In this document: positions 12,616 through 23,406 of the stretch, piece after piece
Layout: each line of letters starts with the position of its first letter
Numbering within the stretch: the stretch's first letter is position 1
Assembly (NCBI RefSeq): GCF_963921235.1
Contig: NC_086097.1
Coordinates: 67,892,001 to 67,956,000, forward strand
Direction of reading: 5' to 3'
Length of the DNA: 64,000 bases
Source: Mobula hypostoma
Lineage: Eukaryota
Program-made: the position numbers and the translations under genes
Notes under the pieces: generated by a model
The model's database searches: none
The model's input: the letters and a program-made list of their open reading frames with translations, nothing else
Told to the model about the DNA's origin: nothing

Positions 12616-15011
12616 TTACAGGTTAAGTCTATCAGGCGGTCGAGTCCGTCGCTGTGACCTACGTAGCACTGGCGGTGATTACACTGGCGATGGCGGTTGT
12701 GCTGGCTCCAGCCTGACTTGAGGTATCAGCACGTTAGGCGTCGGTAATCCCTCGTGCGTGTGCGTCGCGCCCGGTATGGGAGTGTCGTGTGGTGTCTGTA
12801 TAGGGTTTGGGGTGCACGGTGTCTCGTAGGTACATACATTGGTGGGTACGGGGTCAATAGTCACCACGGAGTGTTCAGGGTAGGGGCCCGGAGCTCCTGC
12901 GGGTGCCAGGTCGCGGATGGAGACCGTGTCCTCCCGCCCATCAGGTAAAACCACGTAGGCATACTGGGGGTTCGCATGAAGTAAGTGAACCCTCTCGACT
13001 ATCGGGGAGTATTTATTGCTCCTCGCATGTTTCCGGAGCAGCACTGGCCCCGGGGACGTCAGCCAAGATGGTAGGGTGGTTCCAGTGGTCGATTTACTGG
13101 GAAAAGAAAAGAGCTGCTCATGAGGGGTGGCATTGGTGGCCGTGCATAACAGGGAGCGGATGGAGTGGAGTGCCTCGGGAAGGACCTCCTGCCAGCGGGA
13201 GACCGGCAGTCCCTTTGACCTGAGGGCTAAGAGTGTGGCCTTCCACACTGTGCCATTCTCCTTCTCTACCTGTCCATTCCCCCGGGGATTATAGCTCGTG
13301 GTCCTACTGGTTGCAATTCCCCTAGCCAGTAGATATTGGCGCAGCTCGTCACTCATAAATGAGGACCCTCTGTCACTGTGGATATAGCATGGGTATCCGA
13401 ACAGAGTGAAGAGCTTGTGCAGGGCTTTTATAACTGACGTGGTAGTGGTGTCGGGGTAGGGGATGGCGAAGGGGAACCGCGAGTACTCGTCAATTACGTT
13501 AAGAAAGTACACATTGCGGTCGATGGAGGGAAGGGGGCCCTTAAAGTCAATACTCAGTCGCTCAAAGGGGCCGGTGGCCTTGATGAGTGGTGCCTTTTCG
13601 GGTCAGTAGAAGTGCGGTTTGCACTCTGCGCAGACTTGGCAGTCCCTGGTCATCATCCTGATCTCCTCAAGGGAGTAAGGCAGGTTCCGGGCTTTCAAGA
13701 AGTGGAAAAGCCGGGTGACTCCCGGGTGGTAAAGGTCTACATGTAGGGCGTATAGCCGGTCGATCTGCGCGCTGGCGCACGTTCCCCGGGATAGGGCATC
13801 GGAGGGCTCGTTGAGCTTCCCAGGCCTGTACATGATGTCATAGTTGTAGGTGGAGAGTTCGATTCTCCACCTCAGAATTTTATCATTTTTGATTTTGCTC
13901 CGCTGCTGATTATTAAACATGAATGCGACTGAGTGCTGGTCAGTTAGCAGGGTGAACCTTTTGCCGGCAAGATAGTGCCTCCAGTGCCTTATAGCTTCCA
14001 CTATGGCCTGGGCCTCTTTCTCCACTGCAGAGTGCCGAATTTCAGGGCCTTGAAGGGTACAGGAGAAGAACGCCACTGGTCTTCCTGCCTGGTTGAGGGT
14101 AGCAGCCAGCGCAAAGTCGGAGGTGTCACTCTCCACTTGGAAGGGAATGGCCTCAACCACCGCATGCATTGCTGCTTTGGCAATGTCCCCTTTTATGAGG
14201 TTGAAGGCCACGTGGGCCTCGGCAGAGATGGGGAATGTGGTGGACTTGACCGGGGGCGGGCCTTGTCTGCATAGTTAGAGACCCATTGGGCGTAATATGA
14301 AAAGAAGCCCAGGCACCTTTTGAGGGCTCTGAGGGTATTGGGAAGAGGGAGTTCCAACAAGGGGCGCATACGGTCGGAGTCAGGGCCAATGACTCCATTC
14401 TCCACGACACACCCAAGGATAGCAAGTCGGGTGGTCCCAAATACATACTTGTCCTTGTTATAGGTGAGGTTGAAAGATTTGGCCGCTTGGAGAAATTTTT
14501 GGAGGTTGTTGTCGTGATCCTGCTGGTCGTGACCGCAGTTGGTGATGTTATCCAGATATGGGAACGTGGCCTTCAGTTGGCACTGGTCCACCATCCGGTC
14601 CATTGCCCTCTGGAAGACAGATACACCATTCGTGACACCAAAGGGGACGCGCAGGAATTGATAAAGCCTGCCGTCCGCCTCGAAGGCAGTGTAAGGGCGG
14701 TCCTCCCGGCGGATGGGGAGCTGATGGTAAGCGGATTTTAGGTCTATGGTCGAGTACACCTTGTACTGTGCTATCTGGTTGACCATATCCGCGATGCGGG
14801 GTAGAGAGTATGCGTCGAGCTGCGTGAACCTATTGATGGTCTGGCTATAGTCCACGACCATCCTATTTTTCTCTCCGTTCCGAACAACGACCACCTGCGC
14901 CCTCCAAGGACTTGTGCTTACCTCAATGACCCCCTCCCTGAGCAGCCGCTGCACCTCCGACTTAATGAAAGCTCTGTCCCCCGCGCTGTACCTCCTGCTT
15001 TTAGTTGCCAC
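12616..15011 (-). pseudogene. pol: Gypsy pol (RT-RNase H-integrase), disrupted
   Basis: RT motifs SPW..RMVVDY..IDLKSAYHQL..PFGVTNG..YLDN (catalytic D>N), RNase H ESDTS..EKEAQA..TDQH, integrase H..HPG..CQVC, IDEYSR / HSDRG / VEKEN. Frameshift near 14200-14260 and in-frame stops at 13603 and 12679. Natural end RRSQRRTRPPDRLNL* at 12616. Confidence 0.92.
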
Positions 15012-15015
15012 AGGT

Positions 15016-16494
15016 TTACAGTCGGGGGTCAGGTTGGCGAACAGTGGTGGGGGAGGGATCCTGAGGGTGGAGAGGCCGCAAGTGGTGTCGGTAGTGTGGC
15101 AGTTGGCATGATGTTGGGTGGGATGTGCGGGTCGGTGTGTGTGTGTGTGTGGTCAGTAGCGGGGTACGTGACATATCTCTGCAAAACAGGGGATTTATGA
15201 CAGTAATTGGCGGGAGGGGCCCATCATATTTCATTGTCACGCTTTTCAGGTGGCTCTGGAAGTCCAACCCCAGCAGCACAGGGGCAAACAGTTGAGGCAA
15301 GACCAGTAACGTAAAGTCCCGATATTCTGTGCCCTGAACCACTAGTGTCGCTACACAACCCCCCCGGATGTCTGTTGTATGCGACCCGGAGGCCATGGTG
15401 ACCCTCTGACTTACCGGCCGTATCATGAGTCCACAATGCTGCATCGTGGCCGGGTGGATAAAACTCTCCATGCTGCCTGTGTCAAACAGGCAGCTTGTCC
15501 TGTGCCCCTCCACCAGGATGTCCATCATTGACCTTGCGAGCTGGTGGGGAGCGCTTTGGTCAAGGGTCACGGAAGCCAGGGTGGGGTCGCTGTCTTGGTC
15601 CGGCGTGGTGGGGTGCCCTGTGAGCACCTGTTGGTCGTAGGCGGTGGGAGGTGGAGCCGACCGAGATGGCCGCCCCCATGTCTCGCACGTGGTGGCGTGC
15701 AGGGAAGATGGCGGCAGGCAAGATGGCGACCCCCACGTCTCGCACGCAGCGCTGCTCGATCCCGCTCGCGGTTTTGACTTACAGACCTTGGCGAAGTGGC
15801 CCTTCTTTCCGCAGCTGGAACAGGTAGCTTGTCGGGCCGGGCAGCGTTTCCGGGGGTGCTTCTCCGGTCCGCAGAAGTAGCACTTCGCGGACTCACGACT
15901 GGCAGCAGCCGTGGTCGATTCGCCGGCACGTTTCGGGGTCTGCGGCACCCACGAGGCCATCGGGGGATTGCGTGCCTGGAGAGCCTCGGAGTTATGCAGA
16001 GCGGCCTCCAACGTATCAGCCAGCTCCATCGCCGAACTTAGGGTAAGATTGGCTTTTTCCAGCAGCCGCTGGCGCACGTACACTGACCTGGTCCCCGTGA
16101 TGAAGGCGTCCCTCACCAGGAGTTCTGCATGCTGTGCCGCCGTCAGCTCCTGGCAATTGCAGGCTCGCACGAGCGTCTGTAGGGCCTGGACGAACTCAGC
16201 ACTCGATTCCCCGGGGCGTTGTTGCCGTGTCGCTAAACGGTGCCGAGCATAGACGCTGTTTATCGGCCGCAGGTATTGTCTTTTGAGTGCGTTCATTGCG
16301 CCACCATAGTTCGGCTGGTCTCTGACCCGTGGACTGACCCTGGAGAGTAGAACTCTGAGCTTCGCTACGGGGTCGGTCGCTTTAATCTCCTCTAGATACG
16401 CTTTGAAGCAGGCCAGCCAGAGTTCGAAAGTGTTTCCAGCTTCAGGTGTTTGCGGATTGAGGTCTAATTTTTCTGGTCTCAGGGACTGTTCCAT
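15016..16494 (-). CDS. gag: Gypsy gag-protease ORF (frameshifted from downstream pol)
   Basis: ATG 26 nt downstream of the 5' LTR. Two CCHC knuckles (CYFCGPEKHPRKRC, CSSCGKKGHFAKVC). Aspartic protease motifs LFDTGS and LLGLDF. Confidence 0.92.
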   Translation of the reverse strand: MEQSLRPEKLDLNPQTPEAGNTFELWLACFKAYLEEIKATDPVAKLRVLLSRVSPRVRDQPNYGGAMNALKRQYLRPINSVYARHRLATRQQRPGESSAEFVQALQTLVRACNCQELTAAQHAELLVRDAFITGTRSVYVRQRLLEKANLTLSSAMELADTLEAALHNSEALQARNPPMASWVPQTPKRAGESTTAAASRESAKCYFCGPEKHPRKRCPARQATCSSCGKKGHFAKVCKSKPRAGSSSAACETWGSPSCLPPSSLHATTCETWGRPSRSAPPPTAYDQQVLTGHPTTPDQDSDPTLASVTLDQSAPHQLARSMMDILVEGHRTSCLFDTGSMESFIHPATMQHCGLMIRPVSQRVTMASGSHTTDIRGGCVATLVVQGTEYRDFTLLVLPQLFAPVLLGLDFQSHLKSVTMKYDGPLPPITVINPLFCRDMSRTPLLTTHTHTPTRTSHPTSCQLPHYRHHLRPLHPQDPSPTTVRQPDPRL

Positions 16495-16622
16495 GTTTTA
16501 AAATGTACAGCGAATAAAATTGAAGCACCTTCAATTACTCCAAAAGACTGAGGTTTGGTAAAATACTGAAAGGCTTTTATTCGCTGTACAATACGACCTC
16601 CACAGTGAGTGTCTGCGCCCGG

Positions 16623-16656
16623 ACTGAGGGGGAGGGGCAAGGCGAACACCTTTATA
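16623..16656 (-). promoter_or_regulatory. Putative LTR promoter: TATAAA box and TCAGT initiator
   Basis: TATAAA on the - strand at 16656-16651 and TCAGT at 16627-16623 (A about 31 nt downstream of the TATA start). AATAAA follows at ~16581-16576. Confidence 0.6.
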
Positions 16657-17385
16657 CAGGACTCTGTGGGAGGAGCCACAGGGGCAGTCAGCAGAGGGGT
16701 GTGTCCAGACAGGTAACCCAGTTACAACATATATACATGGTTTACCACAGTGATCAAGATCAGAAATACAAACATCAGACAAGTCAACAAATTCCGATAT
16801 CTTGGCAGCCTAACAACGAGTGATGGCAGGTGCGACACAGATATCAAATACAGAATAGCAATGGCGAAAGAAGCTTTCCAAAAAATGAAGACCATGTTAA
16901 CAGACAGAAAGATGAGCATATACACTAAAAACAAAATACTGCAGTGCTACAGTTATTCTATCCTGACTTATGGAAGTGAATGCTGGACCATTTCCCCAGC
17001 AATGGCAAAGAGACTAGAAGCAGCTGAATTATGGTTCTACGGGAGAATGTTAAAAATATCATGGACCACACACACATCAAATGAAGAAGTTCTCAGAAGA
17101 GCCCAAGCAGTTCGATCACTCATACCAACAATAAGAGAAAGACAACTCAGATTCCTAGGACACATCATGCGGAATGATGAACTAGAAAAACTCATACTCC
17201 CTGGAAAGATCGAGGGAGCAAACCTAGAGGAAGACCTCGGCTTATGTACATCAAAAGCATAGCCAGGTGGCTACACATCGAGGAAATGGAAGACATCCAA
17301 AAAACGAAGGATAGATCTATATGGAAAACCATGGTCACCAACGTCTGCATCGGATATGGTACCTGGACAGACAGATTATACTGGT

Positions 17386-17676
17386 TTTAAAAATGCAAAC
17401 ACGAGGAATTCTGCAGCTGCTGGAAATTCAAGCAACACACATCAAAGTTGCTGGCGAACGCCTTTTGCCAATCACCTGTCCAGCTCTTGGCTCCATCCCT
17501 CCCCCTCCTGTCTTCTCCTATCATTTTGGATCTCCCCCTCCCCCTTTGAAATCTCTTACTAGCTCTTTCTTCAGTTAGTCCTGACGAAGGGTCTCGGCCT
17601 GAAACGTCGACTGTACCTCTTCCTAGAGATGCTGCCTGGCCTGCTGTGTTCGCCAGCAACTTTGATGTGTGTTGCT
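17386..17676 (+). mobile_element. Short Penelope-like element 3' end (pseudo-LTR) with an inverted 5' piece
   Basis: 17461-17676 matches the 3' UTR of the PLE at 47570-47795, and 17386-17460 is its inverted tail. Perfect 14-bp TSD CAGATTATACTGGT (17372-17385, 17677-17690). Confidence 0.9.
17577..17612 (+). ncRNA. Minimal type I hammerhead ribozyme (Penelope-associated)
   Basis: AGTC-CTGACGA-A-GGGTCTCGGCCT-GAAAC-GTC-GACT: stem I AGTC/GACT, core CUGANGA and GAAA, GUC cleavage triplet, helix III reduced to the palindrome ACGT. Confidence 0.8.
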
Positions 17677-17837
17677 CAGATTATACTGGTATCTGTGTTG
17701 ATTACATTATGCATGGGTACTATTCCATCATAATTTGTTGAATTATATGTTACTGAATATCTGCAAAATACATGGGAACACAAGAAAAAGGAAGATGTTG
17801 GTCATTCAGCCCCATGTGGTTATTCTACCTTTTGCGT

Positions 17838-18186
17838 GGCATTGTGGCACAGTTGGCAGAGCTGCTGGCTCACAGCTCCAGAGACTTGGGTTCAATTGCG
17901 GCCTAGGGAGTGGCATGTGTGATACTTGCACATTTTCTCTGTGGCAGCATGTGTTTCTTCTAGTTGCTCTGGTCTGGTTTCCTCCCACACCTCAAACATG
18001 TGGGTTGGTAGGTTAGTGGGCCTTTGTAAACTGCCATTACTGTGTAGGTAAGCACAGGGGGATTGATGAGAATGTGGAGAAAATGAGAAAAATGGGATTA
18101 ATATAGGATCAATGCAAATCGATTACCTTGGACTCTGGGTTGAAGGGCCTGCTTGGTGCTGTATCTCCCTATTACTCTTTGACTCT
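17838..18186 (+). mobile_element. Old tRNA-derived V-SINE with CR1-type tail (HE1-like)
   Basis: A box TGGCACAGTTGG and B box GGTTCAAT. V-domain-like ttgcacattttctctgtg..ggtttcctcccaca. Tail gaagggcctgcttggtgctgtatctc..actct shared with CR1 3' ends in this window. Confidence 0.75.
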
Positions 18187-21100
18187 GTTCAATAAGATAG
18201 TGCTTGATCTTTTACTGCAGTGTATCTCTATTGTACTAATGTTTAATAATATTCTTAACTTAGAGGGCTTTTAACTGCTTAGCTCCCTCTATCAATGGCG
18301 CCTATCACCCATTATGTATCTGCTTTTGCTTCAGATTTCATAAGTGTATTAATATTTTTCAGAAATAAAAACAGAAAATGTTGTAAATAGCAGGTTAGGT
18401 AGCACCTGCGGAAAGGAAACAGTTAACATTTTCTCATTTCACAATGAGAAAAATAGAAATCAAACACATAACATCTATAAAATCATGATTTTAGAAGATA
18501 TTAAGTACTGTTAACATTTATAAATGGGAAATCATAATCTGCATGATTTTATTTACAGCAGCTCCACATCTGATAATTTGAAGAGACTTCCAATTAACAT
18601 AAACAATTTCTGTTCTAAGAAGCAGCTTCCATTGTTTAGTGACAAATTATTGTTGACGTAAGAAAAAAATTGCTATTTAAAAGAGTAATATTTATAGAAC
18701 ACCTCTTAGGTCTTCATTGTGTTAATAAATAACATCTTCTTTTTGTTCCTGAGAAGTGTTCACTAAAAATGCATTAGGTATTCCCTGCAAATAAAATAGA
18801 GCAATTTGCCATAATCAGATAAATCATGGCTTCAAGTTGCAACCAACAAGGGGAGCAGCACACTTTAAAATTATTTTATAGTATTAGAAGACCATTGGTC
18901 CCAATGCTATTAATTTTATAAATAATCAATTTCTTTGCAACTAATGCACCATGTCAAAATTTACTTTATTTGCTACATTTGCTGCTGCATCACTTCTTTT
19001 GTTTCACTGATTGACTGGAAAATAGAAGATAAATTGGGATACTTGCTTATTACAAACATTTATTGGAACGAAAAAAACATTTGGTCAGAATGTGAAAGAT
19101 AGCTTATTAAATCCGTATGAATTGTTATTCAACTACTTCATTGTTTCATAGATTTTTTGCTTCTTTGAAACGAGTGAATCTACTTTCAAATTATGCATCA
19201 ATTAACCATCTTAAGAAGATACCTTTCAGATCTCAGGCAGGGAAACCACCATGTAGCAGAGATTATCATGAAAACCCAAGCTACATCAAATTATGTGATA
19301 TGATGGACATTTTGAAAATATTTTTAAATAATGTCACTGAAAAGTTTTATTTATTTTATCTTTGCAGCAATGACATTTTACTTGAAAGGCAAGGCTACAG
19401 AAATGGATTTTGCTTTCTTCAATAATACATTTTGATCTGAAGCTTGATTTGAGTGTTATTTCCACAGTTAAAGAATGTAACAAACCAGAAAGAACTAACA
19501 GCTTGGAAGGCTCCATGCTATTTCATTAAATAGAAAATCCAAGATACTATTTCATTAAATATCAAAAGCAGCATTTCATGGGGTTCAGTTTTTGATTGTA
19601 AGAAAATTGAATGGATTAAAATTGATTAAAGTAGTCTTACAAAGGTTGAACAAGTGCAATTTTGATTAATTGTTATATTAGATAGTGTTGAATATCGTAC
19701 ATCAATACCACTAAACCATACTGTTGGAGCTTCACCGACTTGTCTTCTGCAATGATCAGAGAAACATGAAACATACAATAGAATTACCAAACTGTATTAA
19801 AGGGATTTTTATGGACTGTATTTAATTTCATACAATTTAAATTTAATATGACCTACACTTAACAAGAAACGTAGATACTTAATTTTCAAGAAAACTTTTG
19901 CTTTTCTTCTACAATGAACAAAACTGAGAGTTTGATTCCAAAAAAAATCAATCCTAGGGGCTATTGGAGAATAGAAAATCTAAAAGATTTCCTGAAATAT
20001 CTTCAATTTGTACTACAAGACACCTTTAATTTTTGTCTGTCAATTTCTGACCAAGAGCAGTCTAATTAACAGATCAGATATCTATCCTTTAAAGGAGCCT
20101 GTACTACAAGTCCCCAGAGAAAAATAGCTAGTTTTAATGTGGTAATACGGATTGTACTGTGGAGAAGGAAAAAAGGAAGGCTGGAAGATCCGAGATGAAG
20201 AGTATCGATCATGGATGGTGCATCCAATGATAGCCAGTAGAGAACTTGATGGATCATAAGATGGGATGAAGACAGAAGGAGAGTTACCAATCATCCCACA
20301 TTGAAGACCATTTCTAGGAAAAGTTCTCTCAGGAATAAGAGGAGAGTCAAAGTACTAATGAAGGACAGGAATTGGCACCTATCATAGGATTGAGGAAGAG
20401 CAAAGTGAAGCAGTCACTTTGGATGCAAAAAAAAATTAACTGAAGGAAGATTGACAAATATTGACAAACAGGCTGTTTTATAAACACAAAGGCAAATCTT
20501 AGGTCTTCAGTTAATACCCGCTTCTGCAGTTGTGGGGCTGACAATTTTGTCAATTGCAATATACACACAAACAAAATCAGAAGTGGACATTAATTATGGA
20601 TTGTTTGTCAGATGGTACGATTGAATACACCCAGCGGCCTCTGTGCATTCATGTATATCGATTACACATGGTTCACATTCATGGAAATAGGCAGCGCATG
20701 CAAAAAATACCCATTCAGGTTTCAGATTAATTTCTAAAGGGCAGAGCAAAATTTGTCATAGTCATACAGAATGAAAACAGATCATTTAGCTCAACTCATC
20801 CATATAGCATATTAGAACTTCTGGGCTTAAATTTCTTAAAATGAAGACCACCACCTCATCATAATTTCTAAATAACCAAACTGCCAGCTGAAAGCAAATT
20901 GACTCCTTATCCTGCCTCTGTTAAAACTGGAAGTGGGTATGTTCATTATAGTATTAGAATTGATTCATTTTCTTTGAATTTCAAGCTCAGATATAACTCA
21001 TCTTTGGCATTTAAGAGTTAGCCTCAAATTTCAAACTTAAACACATGTACCAACAGGTCAAATATAGAACAGTACAGCACAGTATGAGCCCTATGGCCCA

Positions 21101-22449
21101 CGGTATTCTAAAGGTTATTCTTCTATTTTCATTAAGCGTGAAAACAAAAAAAAACTTACAGGGCTTGACAAGACAGACACAGTGTGATGCTTCCTTAGAA
21201 GGGGTGTCTAGAACCAGCGGCCACCAACTAAAATATGGAGGCAGACATGGAAAGGAAAATAAATTTCCTTAGCCAGAATGTGCTGTATTTTTGGAATCCA
21301 ATGTGCAAGAGGATCATTAAGTCTCAACATATTCAAAACGTGGTTAACTTTTATATATTAGAGGGATTATGGGATGTCCCTCAAAGGTTTAGAGGGAAAT
21401 GGGACTAGCTCAGCTCAGTTAGGCAACTTGGTCAGCAGAAACAAGCCAAATGCCTGCTTTCTATGCTCCTGAGTAGCTGTAAGATACATTTGGATGAATA
21501 TGGAACTGAGGGAAAAGATCAGCTGTGATCTTACAGAACAAGCATGAAGGGCCAAATGGCCTATTCACACTTCCAACTCATTTGTTCATATTAATTTCAC
21601 ATATCTGTGACTTCATGTTTTCTCTACAATAAGTTTGAAATCTATATTCCTTTTCAAAGTGCAATAATTTGAAGGGTAATGTGTAAAAATTGACTTTTTG
21701 AAGTTGGTATGTTTTACAGAAGAATGCTGATGCTGAATCAGAAATGTGTTTCCATAAAATGTATCCTGCTAATGTGGTCCAAGACTCAAAAGAAGAAAAT
21801 AAGACCTATCCTATGTCCCCTCACTATAGGGTGTTTATCCTAAAACCACCTAATCTTCAAGGACTAACTCACTTCTCTGTCTAGCTCCCGTGGTGAAGTT
21901 TTGGCTGCAAATACCCACTGTTTGAGTGCTAAGCCCCTCCTCCCCACCAAGGAGTAGATACTTCCAGCTAACAAAGTAGTTAAAACAGTTAATTTTATTT
22001 TTATTAATACGTTAGACAAATAGTCCTCAACACACATTTAACGCTCACAGAGAATTATTAAATTATAAAAGATTTCCGATTAACAAAAGATTTACAAACT
22101 ACAAAGCATTTCCAAATACAGATACAATTTTTACAAACTAGAAGAACATACCAACGAGTCGCAGACGAACTAGTTGTCCTTCGCAGAAACAAAAGGTTGA
22201 GGAATGTATTCTACTTCTTCTTTCTGTTACCCCATCATTCTATCATTCTCCTTGTCATTCCTAACAATCCCAAACGATTCGGCTATTTATACTGTTTTCC
22301 ACTTGATTAAATCATTTGCACATGATGTTTTCCAGATATCTTTGCTAGGACAAAGTAACTCCCAAAGATGGTCTAAAGAGCTTCTGGTGGCAGAGATCCC
22401 AAACATTCACAATTAATGCTGTGAGGACTGACCCTGAATACACAAACAC

Positions 22450-22590
22450 CTCCCCAACCTTTTTCCTCTGACTCATCTTTCTTTCTCCAGTCCTGAAGAA
22501 GGGTCTCAGCCCAAAACACTGACTATACTCTTTTCCATGGATGCTGCCTGGCCTGCTGAGTTCCTTCAGCATTTTGTGTGTGTTGCCATC
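22450..22590 (+). mobile_element. Penelope-like 3' end fragment with a decayed hammerhead
   Basis: agtcctgaagaagggtctcagcccaaaacactgact..gatgctgcctggcctgctgagttcc..cagcattttgtgtgtg, homologous to 47690-47795. Confidence 0.8.
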
Positions 22591-23206
22591 TCAACTTGTA
22601 ACCATGTTTGATATGCTAAGTGATGTAACCCCATGGTCTTGCATTTAGCTAATGGGGACATGTCAGGGTACTTTACTTGCAAAGCTGTGCCTCTAATATC
22701 AAATTGATTGCTGCTTGCAATTTACATCGAGTATTGGAGACAGGTTCTTGTTTACACCAAAAAGCTGAGCAAAGAACATCTGTTAACAGCTTTAATTTTA
22801 TCACCGACCCTTTGAAAATGTCATGCCACTGTACTAGAAAGCTGAGTTTAGCAATAAGCCTCTTGGACCCAGGAAAATGAATATTCATCACACTAGTTTA
22901 TTTTAAAGGACTCCTTTCATAACTATCTCTATCCACATTAAATACCTCATTTTTAAATCTTTCATGAGTTGTGGATGTTGCAATATTTGACATACGTAGG
23001 AAGGTTGGAAAGGAGACAAGACGAAGTCCAGGATTAGGATGGGGAAAAGATCAGAGGATCATGGGGCCTCATTACTGTGATGCTAGAACAGCAGGTTTTA
23101 GGAAGCAGGCTGGTATGGAATTCTATTGCTGATAACTTAGGAAACTGACGGCACCCAATAGAATATAGAAGAGTGCAGCACAGGAGAAGGCCCTTCCACG
23201 CACAAT

Positions 23207-23406
23207 CAAAAGAAAATCTGCTGGTGCTAGAAATCCAAGCAACACACACAAAATGCTGGGGAAACAACAGGCCAGGCAACATCTATGGAAAAAAGTACAG
23301 TCAACGTTTTGGGCCGAAACCCTGGCATCCTAGCCCAAAGTGTCGACTGTACTTTTTTCCACAGATGCTGGCCGGCCTGCTAAGTTCCTCCAGCAGTTTG
23401 TGCATG
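23207..23406. mobile_element. Fold-back insertion made of two inverted Penelope tails
   Basis: An inverted PLE tail is followed by a forward PLE tail. 13-bp TSD with 1 mismatch: TTCCACGCACAAT (23194-23206) / TTCCACCCACAAT (23407-23419). Confidence 0.8.

Larger units (their letters stand above)
12319..16749 (-). mobile_element. Full-length, young Gypsy LTR retrotransposon (Mag-like, no chromodomain), 4.43 kb
   Basis: 229-bp LTRs at 12319-12547 and 16521-16749 (TG..CA, 4 differences). TSD GTGAT at 12314-12318 and 16750-16754. PPT AAAAAAAGAGGGGTGAA next to the 3' LTR. Domain order gag-PR-RT-RH-IN. CpG-rich. Confidence 0.97.
8085..17371 (+). mobile_element. RTE-clade LINE (APE + RT), split into three pieces (8085-8454, 10711-12318, 16755-17371) by two LTR insertions
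   Basis: IIQVYAP..IIVMGGFNAKVG..GERNERGE, WTWRGPDG|NKNQIDYI..PGADCGSDH, CFIDYTKAFD, GVRQGCVFSPDLFNLY, NNIRYADD, SQCV|IKIRN..FRYLGS, LTYGSECWT, LRFLGHIMR. The frame rejoins across both insertions once the TSDs are removed. Several stops and frameshifts. Confidence 0.93.

Noticed and set aside
12754..16252. Many overlapping ORFs on the + strand and in alternative frames of the Gypsy element
   Set aside because: Shadow ORFs of GC-rich coding sequence with no recognisable domains.
20066..20574. Purine-rich stretch with short ORFs, a possible exon
   Set aside because: No coherent splice sites or recognisable protein; faint resemblance to very old CR1 sequence.
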